Origin: Macrostomum lignano
Lineage: Eukaryota
NCBI GenBank assembly: GCA_002269645.1
Contig: NIVC01004429.1
Coordinates: 1-64,000, forward strand
DNA: 64,000 nucleotides
Direction: 5' to 3'
Below are positions 46,198-60,004 of this stretch, in pieces (position 1 is the stretch's first letter; the number at the start of each line of letters is the position of its first letter). A program made the position numbers and the translations under genes. The notes under the pieces were generated by a model. It saw only the letters and a program-made list of their open reading frames with translations. It was not told the origin of the DNA and made no database searches.

Positions 46198-49100
46198 TGC
46201 TGGCTCTGTGAAACGCGATTTGAGCTCATTTTTAGTAAATAGTAAAGTAAAACACTGGTAAGTGACGTACTGAAGTAGTTTGGATTGAATTAGTTTGGAT
46301 TTTTATGACTCAACTTACCATCATACTCTACTGCTGCAGGAAGCACTTACTGTGATTAACAACACAGCTTGCTTTTTCAAAGACTTGTAAATTGCTTCAA
46401 CACTGGCTGCGCTTGCTCTTATGGCATTTCTTTCTGTTTTCTTTCCGAAGGGTCTCTCTTCTTTTGGCGAAAGTTTACAAGCCCTCCCCCTCAGTGACAT
46501 TCGCGGGGTTAGGCTAAGCGAGCAAGTACTCCTGCTCGTGATAACGAAAGAGAGAGAAAGGACAGAATCTACAAAACTAACGAGTGGCTGTTATGTGGTA
46601 GAAGAAAACAAGTTCTGCTTGCTGTGCGAGGACCGAGGAGCCTTAATCGGTGCCTCTGACATGTACGCCTGAGAATGCATACAAGCTGAGACCATGTGCA
46701 TGTGATACTGTGCGCATAGGTGAGGTAACTGCACATGTTATGCTCTTGATATGTTGACAAATGCATGCGTTAGGGCCAAGGACCGCTGTAGTTGATAAAA
46801 GGCAACCAAGCAGATAATTCTGATCTTTACAATATGATTTCAATGAGAGAGGTTGCTGCTGTATGGAATCATTCTTTGTGCCGATGTCTATGACCGAATT
46901 ATCAAGCTTGCTTGCCTTTTTCGTCTATGTCTATGTCTATCCTCTACGGGCAAGACTAAAGCAACTGCTGCCAAATGCTGCTCAAGTGCTCAACTTGCCT
47001 GGCAGCCCTGCAGCTGATGAGGCCCTGCAGCCATGTCAATTTTGAGGCCCCTGCAGCCATGTCAATTTTGAGCCTGCATGTGTTCTTACCACTAGTTGAC
47101 TTAGCAAAATGGCAATGACTTGACAGAAGATGCAATGAGAACTGCCAACAAGCACTGGCGGGTGACGTTGGGAGCAGAATAGGCGTTTTAGATGTATTCA
47201 TTTTTGCAATTGCATTAGCTGAATTTGCTCACTCTAAACTGATGGATCTGTATATTTTCCGCTTTCTATACAAGCTACCTCTACCTCTTTAAAAGGCATG
47301 GATCGAGCTAGCTGAATTGTGCTTTTATCTTTTTTCATTGCACTGCTGCACTCGCCGTTTTCTGTGCCTACAGCTTCAGTGATTTATTTACCATTCAGTT
47401 ATGAAAGAAAATTGATTCCTGTATCGCTGATTGGTAATTGTTTGCTTTGAATCCCGGCAAATTAAAATCCCCAAGTACGACGGGAAAGGCCGTGCTTAGA
47501 AATTTGGAATGTGCAGCTTTACCTTTTAATCGATGCATAGATGTATCATCTCACTGCAAATATGCAGGCTTTATTGAACTTGAAAACATGGAAGTTGATT
47601 TCTGGGTGCGACTAGTTGCATCAAATTATTGTTGCAATCGTTTTTTTGTAATTCAACCAGTCAATGTATTTACAATCGCTTGAATGTAAGTTGAAAGAGG
47701 TACATGTATTGCCTAGCTAGCGCGCTCAGCAATATAGAGCACAGTCAAATAGATGCTATTTTTGACATCAGCACAGTTATATACACATCCATACAGCTGG
47801 TGACTTGCCTAATTGGTCTAACGATAAGCGCCGGTGATAGAGAAATGAAGGAAATAAGAGTACAATCGATAACATGATTAATCATTGCCGTACTAAAGAA
47901 TAAATTCTTATAACGTCTTTTTAGTTAAACCTAAATAGTTCTGACAGTTAATAATATGTTTTTATATTATCCTAGATTTCGTTGTCATTTAGATTTGTTT
48001 TGTTATTTTGTGTCGAAAATAAAAGCGTTGTTTTTTAAGTTTTACTCTTTGCGGATCTAATACATGATATATATCTGTTTCGAAAGTCATAGTTAGACTG
48101 GAATGCTTCTCTACTGGAGGGACGGCTTGTGCTGATTCCAGTAAGTAAGTCGTATACCTGAATAATAAATTATAGAAACGAAACAAATTGATTTCATTGT
48201 AGATTAAATTTTAATTAAGCTAAATTAATTATATGTTAGGTTGTAGGACATCCATTCCACCATAAAATAGTTGATTTTGTGTATTAATAATATTATAGAA
48301 ATTTTATAGAGTTAATCTTCAAATTAGATTATCAACACTGACTAATTCCAGAGGATTGTCTTCTTTATTCAGAGATGATCAAGGATGAAAGTATTGATGA
48401 GATATCCATTTTAAAGGTAAGAATTTTGAATAATAATGATTGAATTTAAGTCAGAATTTTATTTTTTAGAAATGGGACAAATTTTAACGAAAAATATTTT
48501 GAATATATGTTTATCTAGGGAATCGCTGGATTAGTGCTGTGTTTTCTCATACTTTTTGTTTTCTTACAAAAGTATAAAAGACATGTGAGTTTTATTGTTT
48601 TAGATATGCTTCTATTATTTTATTCACAAATATGGATCAATGATTTACTTTTACTAAATGCTTACTAATAAGATTATTTGAAGGGGTCATTTTTTCAAAT
48701 TAATAATGTACATATTAATTTTAAATTAAGTAATTGAATCTTGTAAAATAATATAATGATTGCTTAAAATTGAAAACTTATTTAATGCTTGTAATTTTAT
48801 ATCTAGAATGTCTTTCAAATTTTTGTATTTCAGATCTGGTTCTTACTCTTTTGCTCCATAATCTACCATTCAGTTTTTCTAGCTAACTGTATTGTTATTT
48901 TAGCTAACTCTTATCATTTTGATTTAAGCAAAAAGCAATTTCTTGTATCATGCTCTTCTCTTCATTTCTGCATTATCCTTACATTGTACAAGGTTCAAAA
49001 GTGCAAAATGTTCTTTTTTCTAATCCAAAGGGACATTAAACTGACTTATTTCTTGATGCAGATTTGGGCACCCAAATATCAAATCACTCAACTGCATGAT

Positions 49101-50296
49101 AGAGAAAGCTTCAATGTATAATTTGATTGATACAAACTAAAATATAGTTTACACCCAGGTTGAAACTATCGTCAATTTCTCACACAAAACTTGATACCCT
49201 GAAATTGTGGGGCAGAGTTGGAAAACCTGCTTCAAAAGCACGCGCATCCATTCGTGTTTACTCTGAGCATTTGTCTTGGCTGCAATTGTGCAGGTGAGAC
49301 AGAAAGAGGGCTCATAGTTAGCATGGTGTTGTAGCCAGGGCGAGACAAAATTCATGCCCCTCAAATCCTGCCATTTGTTGGCCACCCGAATGGAATGCGC
49401 AACAATGATTCACTGGCGCAGGGTATAACAGGGAATGCTGAGCCTAAGAAAAACACACATACACACACAGACGCCTCTGCCCCACTATTTTTAGGCTCGC
49501 CGTCAGCCTCAGCAGTCAGCTGCAGAAGCGGTGCCAGCCGCCAACGATACCAGTGCAAGTGAGCAGGAAGATTCTTCAACTGAATCCCAGGACAGAGCTT
49601 CGCTGCCTACACTGGCTTGCACTGGTACGTCAAATTGCCTGCTTAACTTGAGCGAGCTCTAATTTCCTCTTTCAAATATATTTGTTTATCTGTGCCAGTT
49701 TGGCCTTAACTAGCTAATTTGAATTCTTCCAAGCGTAGAAATTGGTTCGAAGTCATTCGAGTCTTCAACAGGACTTTCGATTCAACTGGTCCCCGTTGCA
49801 CTGCTGGCCTGTTCATTGGTGCTTAGCTTTAGCCGCTGCACTATTTATGGGGTAAAATGAGACGCAGCAAGTAGCCAAGACTTTTCTCTGACTTTTAAGT
49901 CACCCGGATTCTTTCTGGCCGAAGCTCAGTTTCTAGCCAAATTTGACCTAAAATGGAATGTGGAAGTGACGAAATTTCTGGACAGCCTTTTTCCTTTTTA
50001 GCTAAATTTATTTTTCTTACCACCAAAATTTTTAGCTTGGGCATTTTCGCAGTATGCACCAATAATTATTCATAATGGCCATAAAAGTTATTTGTATACC
50101 TCTTGGGGCTTGCCGGTTGACATAGTTTAGGATTTGCCGAATAAAACGCCAGCTCTGAAACGAAGTAATGAGCTCTTTAATTTAAATAAATGACCGTAAC
50201 TGCCTACTTGTAATAGTATATTAGAGACAATTTACCAGCTTTTATTCCGATCTATTGGAATTCATTTCAGACCAGCAGCAACAAGTCGAACCTGCG

Positions 50297-53200
50297 ATGG
50301 CCGCGCCGTCAACCTGCAGCAACGGTGGCGACGTCATGGACGACCAGAAACGCTATTTGACCTTCAGCGACATAGCCAGTGGCATCGACCCGGAGGCCAC
50401 GCCAAATCAAGCTAAATCGGTTGTACGCTCAGAGACCATCGAATTCGAGTCCAGCCTAGATTTGGACAGATATCCGGGCTTAAGCGGCGTCGGGTCAGGC
50501 AGTAAAAGTGGCATGCTGCTCAAGGACGCCATCATGCGTCGTAGGCGCGAATCCGGAGCTAAAGTTCTCCGTCAGGAGGAAATTTCCTTCCTAGGTATCG
50601 TCCGCCGACGCGTTGAGCACACCTACGGTCGAGCTTCCAACTACCGGACACGTCAATTGTAGCTGTGACTCATCGCGAGGTGTATCACAGCACCGATCCG
50701 GAAGTGGAGGTAATCGTTACTCTGGCACAAGCTGCTCCATCTGGTGGGCTCAAAACCAAGATCGGCGATGACATTAGTGTGTCTGAGTTAGCTAGAGAAA
50801 ACCGTTGGGCCAGCTTGATGCTCTCTAGCGATGGTTACTATGACGACCAGCTGTGCATGATGCTGCTCGGTTGTCACCGGTCGGGCCCAGCGCACCAAGA
50901 GGAGACAGTTGTAGAGCCGAATTCATCAGCCGCCGCTGAGGCTCAAGCCGACCCAAATGTTGTTGACACAACTCTTGCCTCGGAGATTAGCCTGCCGCAT
51001 CCATTCGAGTACCAATCGATGTACGATGGAGACAAAGCCAGAAACGTTGATGAAGACAGCGAAGTGGTTGATCCGGTCGATAGAGAAGCATTGGTGAGGC
51101 GAATCCTAGCTGACATTGATGCTTCGTACCGCTGCGGCTCCTGTGATTCTATTCGGCCAGACAATCGCCCAAGCGCAGTTGAAATCGGCGAGTTTTCTGT
51201 TGGCAGAGTTGGTGACCGAGCCCGGGTCATGTCAGCCTCAATGGATCACCTGGCTGTCACTGAGACTCGATCTCGACGCCGGATGCTCGCTTCGTCAGAG
51301 CGGTCCCAGGTGGCTGAGTCAGACTCAAATTTGGCGGCAAAGGTGGCTGCCGAAAAAACTTCCGCAAACACTTGCCAATTATCTAACGCTTCGAGCTCCA
51401 GTCTTGGCTACGATTCCCACTCGTCTGTTTACAGCTCAGTAAGCCGGGTCTCCCGGAAACTTTCCATGTCTGATCGCGTCTATCTTGAGGTTCTCAGCGA
51501 CGAGAGCCAATTAGTTAGCGACGGTGAAGAGAATGGCGACGATAAGGAATCGATTAATCGATGCCAGACGCAAGAGTTCTCACTGCCTCCGACGTCTACA
51601 TTCTCTGCTCTGGTTGATGAGCCTCATCATCAGAATCGAGAAAAGATTCAAGAGCAGCAGAACAATTCACAGCAGCAACAGCAGAAGCAGCTTCAGCGCT
51701 TATCTCGGGCAGAGGTGCTCAGCATGGACAGTTTCGAAACGGCTAGTGAAAAAACCACTGAACATACAAAGGACACCGTGGACACGAGTGTAGACCAAGC
51801 GTTTACAGCGTCAGTTTATGCTCGCCGACCATCCTTGTCACTTCCCGACTCTGGCGAACTTGCTCCTGCTGCTGCGCCAGCTATTGAACAAGTTTATGGT
51901 CCCGCTAACAAGGACTATGGCGCTATAGTCCGCCAGCGAGCCAAGAAATTTGAGAGTGCTGCACCGAGGTACGGTTCGAGGACAGCTGAAGAGCGTCGCT
52001 CATATCAGGAACTGCAGGACACCGGCGCGGTGGCGCAGACAGCCCAGGTTCACAAGGCGTACATCAAGCAGCATGAGATGCAGCCGGCTCCTGGGCAGTT
52101 TTGCCTTGATGTTGAATCTGATTCTCAGGAAAGATTTGTTTACCAACGAAACCAAGATTTGGAGAGTAAAGAAAGAGTTGACGAGATTACTCACAGTAGT
52201 AGAAGTGATCTATCAGCCATCGAACATGAGGCTATGATGATTAAAAGCAGCCTGAAATCGGCTCAAACATATCGCAGCCGTCCAAACATAATACCATCTA
52301 CCCTTGCTGGTCCGACTGCCGCTAACGAAAGTGCAGCGTCTGTCAGCAAAGGTGAACACCGAGCACAGGACGATTTGACACAGATTCTATCCGCTAACAT
52401 TGGCGATAGCTTTGCAGCAAAGGAATTGTCTTCTGTCGAAAATGCATCTTCCGTTAAGAGAGAGCAGCTTGAACCTAGCATGACTCCAAAGACGCCTGAG
52501 CCTAGCAAACAGGAGAATTTGGCGCCATTAGCATTAGAGGATACTGAAATTAGTGAAGAAAAAAGTTCCGCGGCTAAAGGCAGCACTCAAGCAACTAATA
52601 TTCATCACATGATACCTACAAAGAAACCTATTTTATCGTCTCCTGTAAATAAAAAGTCCGCCTCTACTACTTCAGTTGCCGACCATCGGGGCCAAGAGGA
52701 TCTGATTCAAATTCAACACACGTCAGGTACTGCCAGTGGGATTGAAATTTCAATCGTAGAAAACTCAGAAGCGACAGAAGAGACTCAGTTTAGTCCCAGC
52801 TTGTCTGAATCTGTGCTTGTTTGTCCAGCCGCTCCCAACGAAAGCATTTCTTTATCAGCAGCAACTGCAAGTCAGGAGCTAAGGGGTCAAGAAGATCTTA
52901 CTTTGCATATTCCGTCAACCGTCTGCGTAGAAAATGAGATGGATAAAATTAGAAAATCAGATGAGCTAAAACTGCTCAGCCCCAGCTTGCCAACATCTGT
53001 TCGGGTTCGACCAACGGACCCAAAGTTCAAGGGCCAGGAAAATTTTATTGCGGGTACTCAGGTTTTAAATGCCACACTAAAGGATGAAAACGAAGCTGAC
53101 GAAGGCCAGTTTGGTTGCAGCTCAACATTTCCGGTTAAAGCTGTATCAAAAATTGGCTCTACATCTACATTCGCAGTCACTAAGCACCGGGGACAAGAGG

Positions 53201-56200
53201 ATCGGATGCTTCGGATACCAGCGGCTGAAATTAGTGCTGAAGCATGCAAAGAGTCGGGCGGCAATGATGAGCAGTTTAACCCTCCTGACTTGCTATCATC
53301 GATCCGCACAAACACTGCCGAGCAGCCTAGTGCCAGTAGTTCAAGTTCGTCCTCTCAGACAGACAGCGATTCCGAAACGGATGAAGAGGCGAGCGCCTAC
53401 GGTGAAATTCCACGACAGGTAGCGCTCGGTCAGTCACTAATTTCGACGCCTCTCACTACGATTTCCGAGGAGCTGCCGTTGTCAAATCAGCCCAAAACTC
53501 TACAGCCTTCGGAGTCTATTGCTATTGTTGGACGTCATTCTGATTTGTCAAAAGAGCCAACAGTTCTTATTAGGCCGTCTGCTCCGCTAGTCAGGCTAGA
53601 AGACATGGAGCTGGCCTGCTCAAGCGTTGGCTCGCAGTCAGACGCCGGCTCCGGTACCGAATACGTGGAAGATGAAAGTTTTTCGAAGGCATCTAGTGCC
53701 ACTTTTCAATTGGGACGCGGTTCAAGCGTTAGTACCCCCGAAAAAAGTCAAAGCAGCAATTTAACGAAGACAAGTGATGCTGATACAGCTCCTGCGAGCA
53801 AGTCATTAGGGAAAGAAACTCAGAAAAAACCTAACAAGTCTCGTAGCTTTTGTGGTAGAAATCGAATCAAGAAAACTACACCTAGCAACAAGCCGGAGGA
53901 AGCTAGGGCTGCTGAGCATTTACAGAAGTCTGTTACTTCACAACCAGCATCGAAAGAGCAAAAGCCCAGGGCATCCGCTGACGACTCGCTGCAATGCTTG
54001 GAAGAAAGCTTTTCAATGACGCCTTCTGCAACACTTCAAGCAGGCCGCTTTGTAACCAGTCATTCCACTAGCAACAAGACAGTTGCTGCGGGCACTGAGC
54101 AGAAATCGGTTCCAGTCCCTAAATCAAGCCAATTAAATTCAGCTGCTGCAGCCACTAAGACAACTGATGATAGCCTTCAACAAACACAAAAAGAGGAGTC
54201 CAAATCTTGCGGTTCGCCATCATCTACCGGCAAGTCTCGAAGCTTTAGTAACAGAAGTCGCGTTAAGAAAAGCACACCTGGCAACAATTCAGATGTTAAG
54301 AGCACTGAACAGGTGCAAAAGTTAGTTTCGGTGCCCGGATCTAATGAGTTAAAAGCAAGCGCCACACCCTCCATTGAGGAGTCTTGCAATTCAACAAAGT
54401 CTCAGGAAGACCAGAATCTAGCCGCTGAGAGGCCGAGCAAAAAGGCGATCAAGTCCTCCTTTAGATCTAAGAAGACAACAGGCTCAGTATCACCGACATC
54501 GCCACTAGTTGAAGATGATGGTAAGAAGGCTGATCAGCAAAAGCCCGAACATCAAATGAACTCTATTGTACCGATCGAAGACAACATTGAAGCATTAAGT
54601 TTTTCGCAATTCGCCAGTCTTATGCTTCAATCGCACAGTGATATCGCGATCGAAAGCAGCAATAGCTTGCAGCTGCAGTGTCAGCAGCCGTCTCTGCATA
54701 GATCTCCCTGCAACAGCGCCTGTGCTATGAATGACAGTCTAAAACAGCCGGAGTTAATAGCGTTTGCTACGTCCACCTCGGCACTTAAGCAGAACATCAG
54801 GAACAGTAATGTTGGATCAGTCAACTGCACAGCAGATATTGCTTCCGTCGAGGCGCTATCTTTTGCACCAAAAAGACCACTGCGGCTTTGTAGTCACATG
54901 GAGCCAAGTGTGCTACCAATTGCTACCCATCGCCAGCAGCTGCCGCAGCTACCAGTCCCACGCCCCAGCCTCGACGCTTTAAATTCAGCCGGCGAAGGCA
55001 GTCACAAAAGAAGCTTAGCAAAACATCATCGCCGTCGTCGTCGCCGCCTGTTGAACGCTCGTCGACTTTACCAATGCCATCTCCATTCTCACCGAAGTCA
55101 CCATCGTCAACGCTGTCTTCGTCATGGCCGGTAACACAGGATGACTCGAAACCCGACAGTAATCAGCAACAGACGCCAGTCTATTCGCGCCAGGAGACGG
55201 GCGAATTTTATTTGCGAACTTCCGACGGCGAAGAGAATACAGGCGTCGAAGACGACACTAGGTCTTCAGCCGTTGGCGCAGCCGTCACGCCTCTGTCATC
55301 ACTCACTCCTGCTAGTTCGCCATCGCCAACGCCGTCGCCTTCGCTTCCGTCGCCGACGGGCTTCGCTGGCATTGTCAACAATCCTCTGTCGGCTTCGTCA
55401 GATGGTGAGCTACAATTTGAGGGCTATATTAAATTAGAACCGAACCTATGTAACCGCTCCTATTTTGTTTCATTAGAATCGGAAGAAAATGACATGGCAT
55501 CCATCGGTGACAGCGAACTGCCAGGTGCTCAATCCGTTGAGGCAAGCTCCGACAAGCCGATAGAGCGTCAGGGTGCGGCGGCTACGGTAACACCAGCAGC
55601 GGCGGCCTCCAAGTCGCTGCCGCAGCCGCTGCCAGCCGATCCGTTCGGTGCCGGCGCTATCGACTTCCTGCTAGCCTGTTTGAATCGGCGCGAACTGCCG
55701 AACCAGCCAGTGGTCGCGACCCGATCAAATCCGTATCTCAGTGTGACACCTGCCGCCGCCGCTGGTCCGACAGGCGTCAATCCAGCTGCCTCTGCGTCAA
55801 TGGACGAGCTCAACCGTCGGGCTTATCTGTCCAAGGGCATCGTCGACGTCAAACAGCAGCCGCGTCATCGACGCCGGATTCGTCGACGCCGACACCGGCT
55901 TGGCGGCGGCTCCTACTACCGGCACAGCTCGTCCGCACTGTCTCTGCTGCGCGAACCGTCCTACCTGGCGCTGGCTCTGTCCATCCGACGCCGGCACGAA
56001 ACGCCGTCCCCTAAACGATCAAGAAGCTACGTACGTTACAATACCGAGGATACGGACGAGGGCGAAGCTGACGACGGCGAGGATGTGAATGAGTCGGACG
56101 ATTACGAAGAGGAGTACAGCTACTATCAGCAGCAGTCCTATTACTACGGACAGACGGAGGCAGATCGGCGTGCCCAGGTAGCTCGGCAGCTTCATAAGCA

Positions 56201-56390
56201 GCGTCGGGCTCGCTCAATGCCGATTCCCGGACCGGAGGAGGTCGGCGGCGAAGTTGACGGTGAGGAAGCGGCCGGGGCGACGCTGTGGCCGTACGGCCGG
56301 CGTCGTAGACGACAGCGGCGTCAACGTCGCAAAGGTCGACGCGCGGTGTTCCTGTCGGCGGCCAATCTGGTGTATGAGACCAGCCTGTAG
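50297..56390 (+). CDS. Giant single-exon Ser/Glu/Thr-rich low-complexity protein (~2,030 aa) split by two frameshifts; product unknown
   Basis: ORFs 50255..50662, 50665..55134 and 55074..56390 are contiguous, with frame changes at about 50617-50660 and 54990-55020. Acceptor TTTCAG ends at 50270, first ATG at 50297, ends LVYETSL*. Confidence 0.7.
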
Positions 56391-56653
56391 GGGGGTACTG
56401 CGGTTTTGAATTCAAATCCAATATTTCCGAGTAAACTTTTGGTGTGCAAATTTTGTTAGGCTTTATAGTGTAAACATTCTTGTTTAAGCTTCTCAGTCAC
56501 TCCGCATGTGAGATTTTCGAGTCGGTGTCTCTCTATAAGTGAGATTTTGCTGTCGCTGTCTCTTGAGGCGGTAGATTTTTACTGTAGTGCTACATGCATC
56601 TGTCTACTTTTGTGTTAAATTTTAAGCCACAATTTTCATGAATTTCTCATGAA

Positions 56654-56980
56654 GAAATCCCGTGGGGAATCCCTGCTATGATGTAAATTGGTGAAATCCG
56701 TGGCCGGGGAATCCCTGCTATGCTGTACATTGGGGAAATCCATGGGGAATCCCCGCTACAATGTACATTGTTGAAATCCGTGGCCGGGGAATCCCTGCCA
56801 GTGCTGTACATTGGGGAAATCCGTGGGGAATCCCCGCTACAATGTAAATTGTTGAAATCTGTGGCCGGGGAATCCCTGCCATGCTGTACATTGGGGAAAT
56901 CCGTGGGGAATCCCCGCTACAATGTAAATTGTTGAAATCTATGGCCGGGGAATCCCTGCCATGATGTACATTGGGAAACC
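56654..56980. repeat. ~80-bp tandem repeat built from two ~40-bp GAAATCCGTGG..GGGAATCCC subunits
   Basis: TGGCCGGGG recurs at 56701, 56781, 56862 and 56942. Confidence 0.92.
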
Positions 56981-57594
56981 CTTAGGTAATACCTGCTTTC
57001 ATTGTAATGTTTCTGATAAGGAAGTTAATAGATATTATGTGATTACATATTATTGTAGCTTGTACTAAAAGGCCTATTGGCAATGCGTCATTAAGTTATG
57101 CTAATATAAGTAGTTCATAGATCTTTTCTGGTACGAGCGTACAATAATATTTTCAATTCGTTTCTAACATTCCGTGCGATCTCGCAATTTTACTAATAGT
57201 AGTATATAGCTACACAGATGCTACAGACCAATGCTTAAACGGTGCAGCGCACAATTTCAATGCTGTGATTCGAATATCAGTGTTTTTCGGTCTTTTGCCA
57301 TTAGTTTTTTCCGTATTACTAATATTTTACGCGCGACGATGTACAGCTGCGTATCTTTACATGTATCTCGATTTGACGTATTTAAGCTTTATTTACAAAG
57401 TCATTTCGATGTAGAATTGTTTTATTCCTTGGTCACTGGACAACCACACATTGTATTTCTGTATAATACAGCTATGCACTTTTGCATGCCGCCATTGATT
57501 TCGAATTTCGCTCCTCCAATGCCCTGATTTCTGTTGTTTAATCGAGGCAGTCTATTTATAGAGTTGATCACAATTGACATTGATCTATAGCCTT

Positions 57595-57990
57595 ATTCTA
57601 TAGCCTATATAGATCTATTCTTAGATCTATAGCCTTATTGGGGTGAGATTTTGGTATCTATAGCCCTATTGGGGTGAGATTTTGGTATCTATAGCCCTAT
57701 TGGGGTGAGATTTTGAGATTTATAGCTTTATTGTGGTGACATTGTGATATCTATAGCCTCACTGGGGTGAGATTTTGATATCTATAGCCTTATTGGGGTG
57801 AGATTTTGAGATTTAAGCTTTATTGTGGTGACATTGTGATATCTATAGCCTCACTGGGGTGAGATTTTAAAATCTATACCCTGAGATTTTGAGATCGATA
57901 ACCTGAGATTTCGAGATCGATAACCTGAGATTTTGAGATCGATAACCTGAGGTTTCGAGATCTATACCCTGAGATTTTGAGATTGATCAT
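57595..57990. repeat. ~31-bp (TATAGCCTTATTGGGGTGAGATTTTGGTATC) and 22-bp (CTGAGATTTTGAGATCGATAAC) minisatellites
   Basis: Seen directly. Confidence 0.88.
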
Positions 57991-59164
57991 CTCCACCGGC
58001 TTTGAATTCGAGTTTTCACGTCAAATTAACGTTGAAAGATTTCGATTTAAATGATTTTTAAATAATACCACACGGTCAATAAAGCGTTTTTCTCCAATAA
58101 CTTAGCTTGTACAAGCACGCACTGTAGCAACAGCTGACTAATGGTGTGATTGATCATTGCTTTAATCTCGGCAAACTAATTCCTATGTATAGTTATACAT
58201 CTATATTTATATTATAAATTTACTTCAAATTTCAGTCAAATGCATTCCCTATATTCAGGAGTATTAATATACGCCACAGAAGTTGATTTTTTAGACTTTA
58301 ATATCCGTAATGTTGTTTGAACAAGTGTTCCGGTTTTATTATTATTTCATTAGCTGAAAAGTAATTTTAATTGGGTCGGTCCTTGCAGCGGCAGAAACTA
58401 TTGATAATTCAACTGAAATATGAATTTTATAAATAATACGGAACTTTAACTACTACATGGGAAATGCAGGGTGTCAAAATTAGAATTGACGTGTCATGAC
58501 GTCCGCTATGACACTAAAGATACCCGGTATATAAGTTATTATGAGTGATAAGCTATAGCTATAATATGTAAAGCCTGCTTAAACGTGCAGTTCAGTCATT
58601 TCTGATTTCTCTCTATCATCGATAAATTGTCTGCTCTTATCAGCAACCACGAGAAGAGACAGAGAGTTGATGAAGAGAGATGGGGAGGCCATTAATCAGT
58701 TAGTCCAATATAAGCGATCTGTGTGCTGTGCTTTAACCTCCCCCCCCTTTAGCCCGCACGGTCGATTTGGATAAAGCCTAGTAGATGTACTGTATGTAAA
58801 TGCGGTGCCCAGGATCAGAGCATGCAGCCTCTCTCTCCCCCTGCTCCTAAGCCTCCCATCTCGCTGACATCAGCTATATAGATTTACTAATTGCGACCTC
58901 TTCTCTGACCACATGCGAGTATTGGATCCCTACAGCACTGCAGAGCTGCGCTGAGGGCGGACTGTCTATCTCAATCTTAGCTATGTTTAGTCAATTATAA
59001 TCGGTGATGGAGTTATAATACCTGATTTAATTAGCGTTTTATTAAAGCTAGACAATGTCCGATATCGTTCTCTAGAAATTCAAACAGTCGTTTCTGTATT
59101 ATTGTTCTCATCAATCTTTACAGTAACCCCTTTTTGCCATAAAATCAATCCTGTCTCTGCCTTT

Positions 59165-59808
59165 CGGGGTCACCCTGTCATTTCCCGATCCTTCCGCTGT
59201 CACTCTTCCATCCTTCCGCTGTCACTCTTCCATCCTTCCGCTGTCACTCTTCCATCCTTCCGCTGTCACTCTTTCATCCTTCCGCTGTCACTCTTCCATC
59301 CTTCCGATGTCACTCTTCCATCCTTCCGCTGTCATTTCCCGATCCTTCCGCTGTCACTCTTCCATCCTTCCGATGTCACTCTTCCATCCTTCCGCTGTCA
59401 CTCTTCCATCCTTCCGCTGTCACTCTTCCATCCTTCCGCTGTCACTCTTCCATCCTTCCGGTGTCACTCTTCCATCCTTCCGCTGTCACTCTTCCATCCT
59501 TCCGATGTCACTCTTCCATCCTTCCGCTGTCACTCTTCCATCCTTCCGCTGTCACTCTTCCTTCCGCTGTCACTCTTCCATCCTTCCGCTGTCACTCTTC
59601 CATCCTTCCGCTGTCACTCTTCCATCCTTCCGCTGTCATTTCCCGATCCTTCCGCTGTCACTCTTCCATCCTTCCGCTGTCACTCTTCCATCCTTCCGCT
59701 GTCATTTCCCTGTCCTTCCGCTGTCATTTCCGTGTCCTTCCGCTGTCATTTCCCTATCCTTCCGCTGTCAGTTCCCTATCATTCCGCTGTCAGTGGCCTA
59801 TCCCTCCA
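59165..59808. repeat. 22-bp minisatellite (CACTCTTCCATCCTTCCGCTGT)
   Basis: About 28 tandem units. Confidence 0.97.
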
Positions 59809-59970
59809 GAATAATTCAATGATAATTCCGGTATCCTTCCGAGTTTAATTAATCAACTTATCCCAGGTCATTAACTTCTGCACCTCCCCCCCCCAGAAAA
59901 GGTCGGGCAGAACTTTAATTTTAACCAAACATCAGCAGCGCTGGGGCGAAGGGTTCCATAGAAAGGAAGG

Positions 59971-60004
<34 letters not shown>

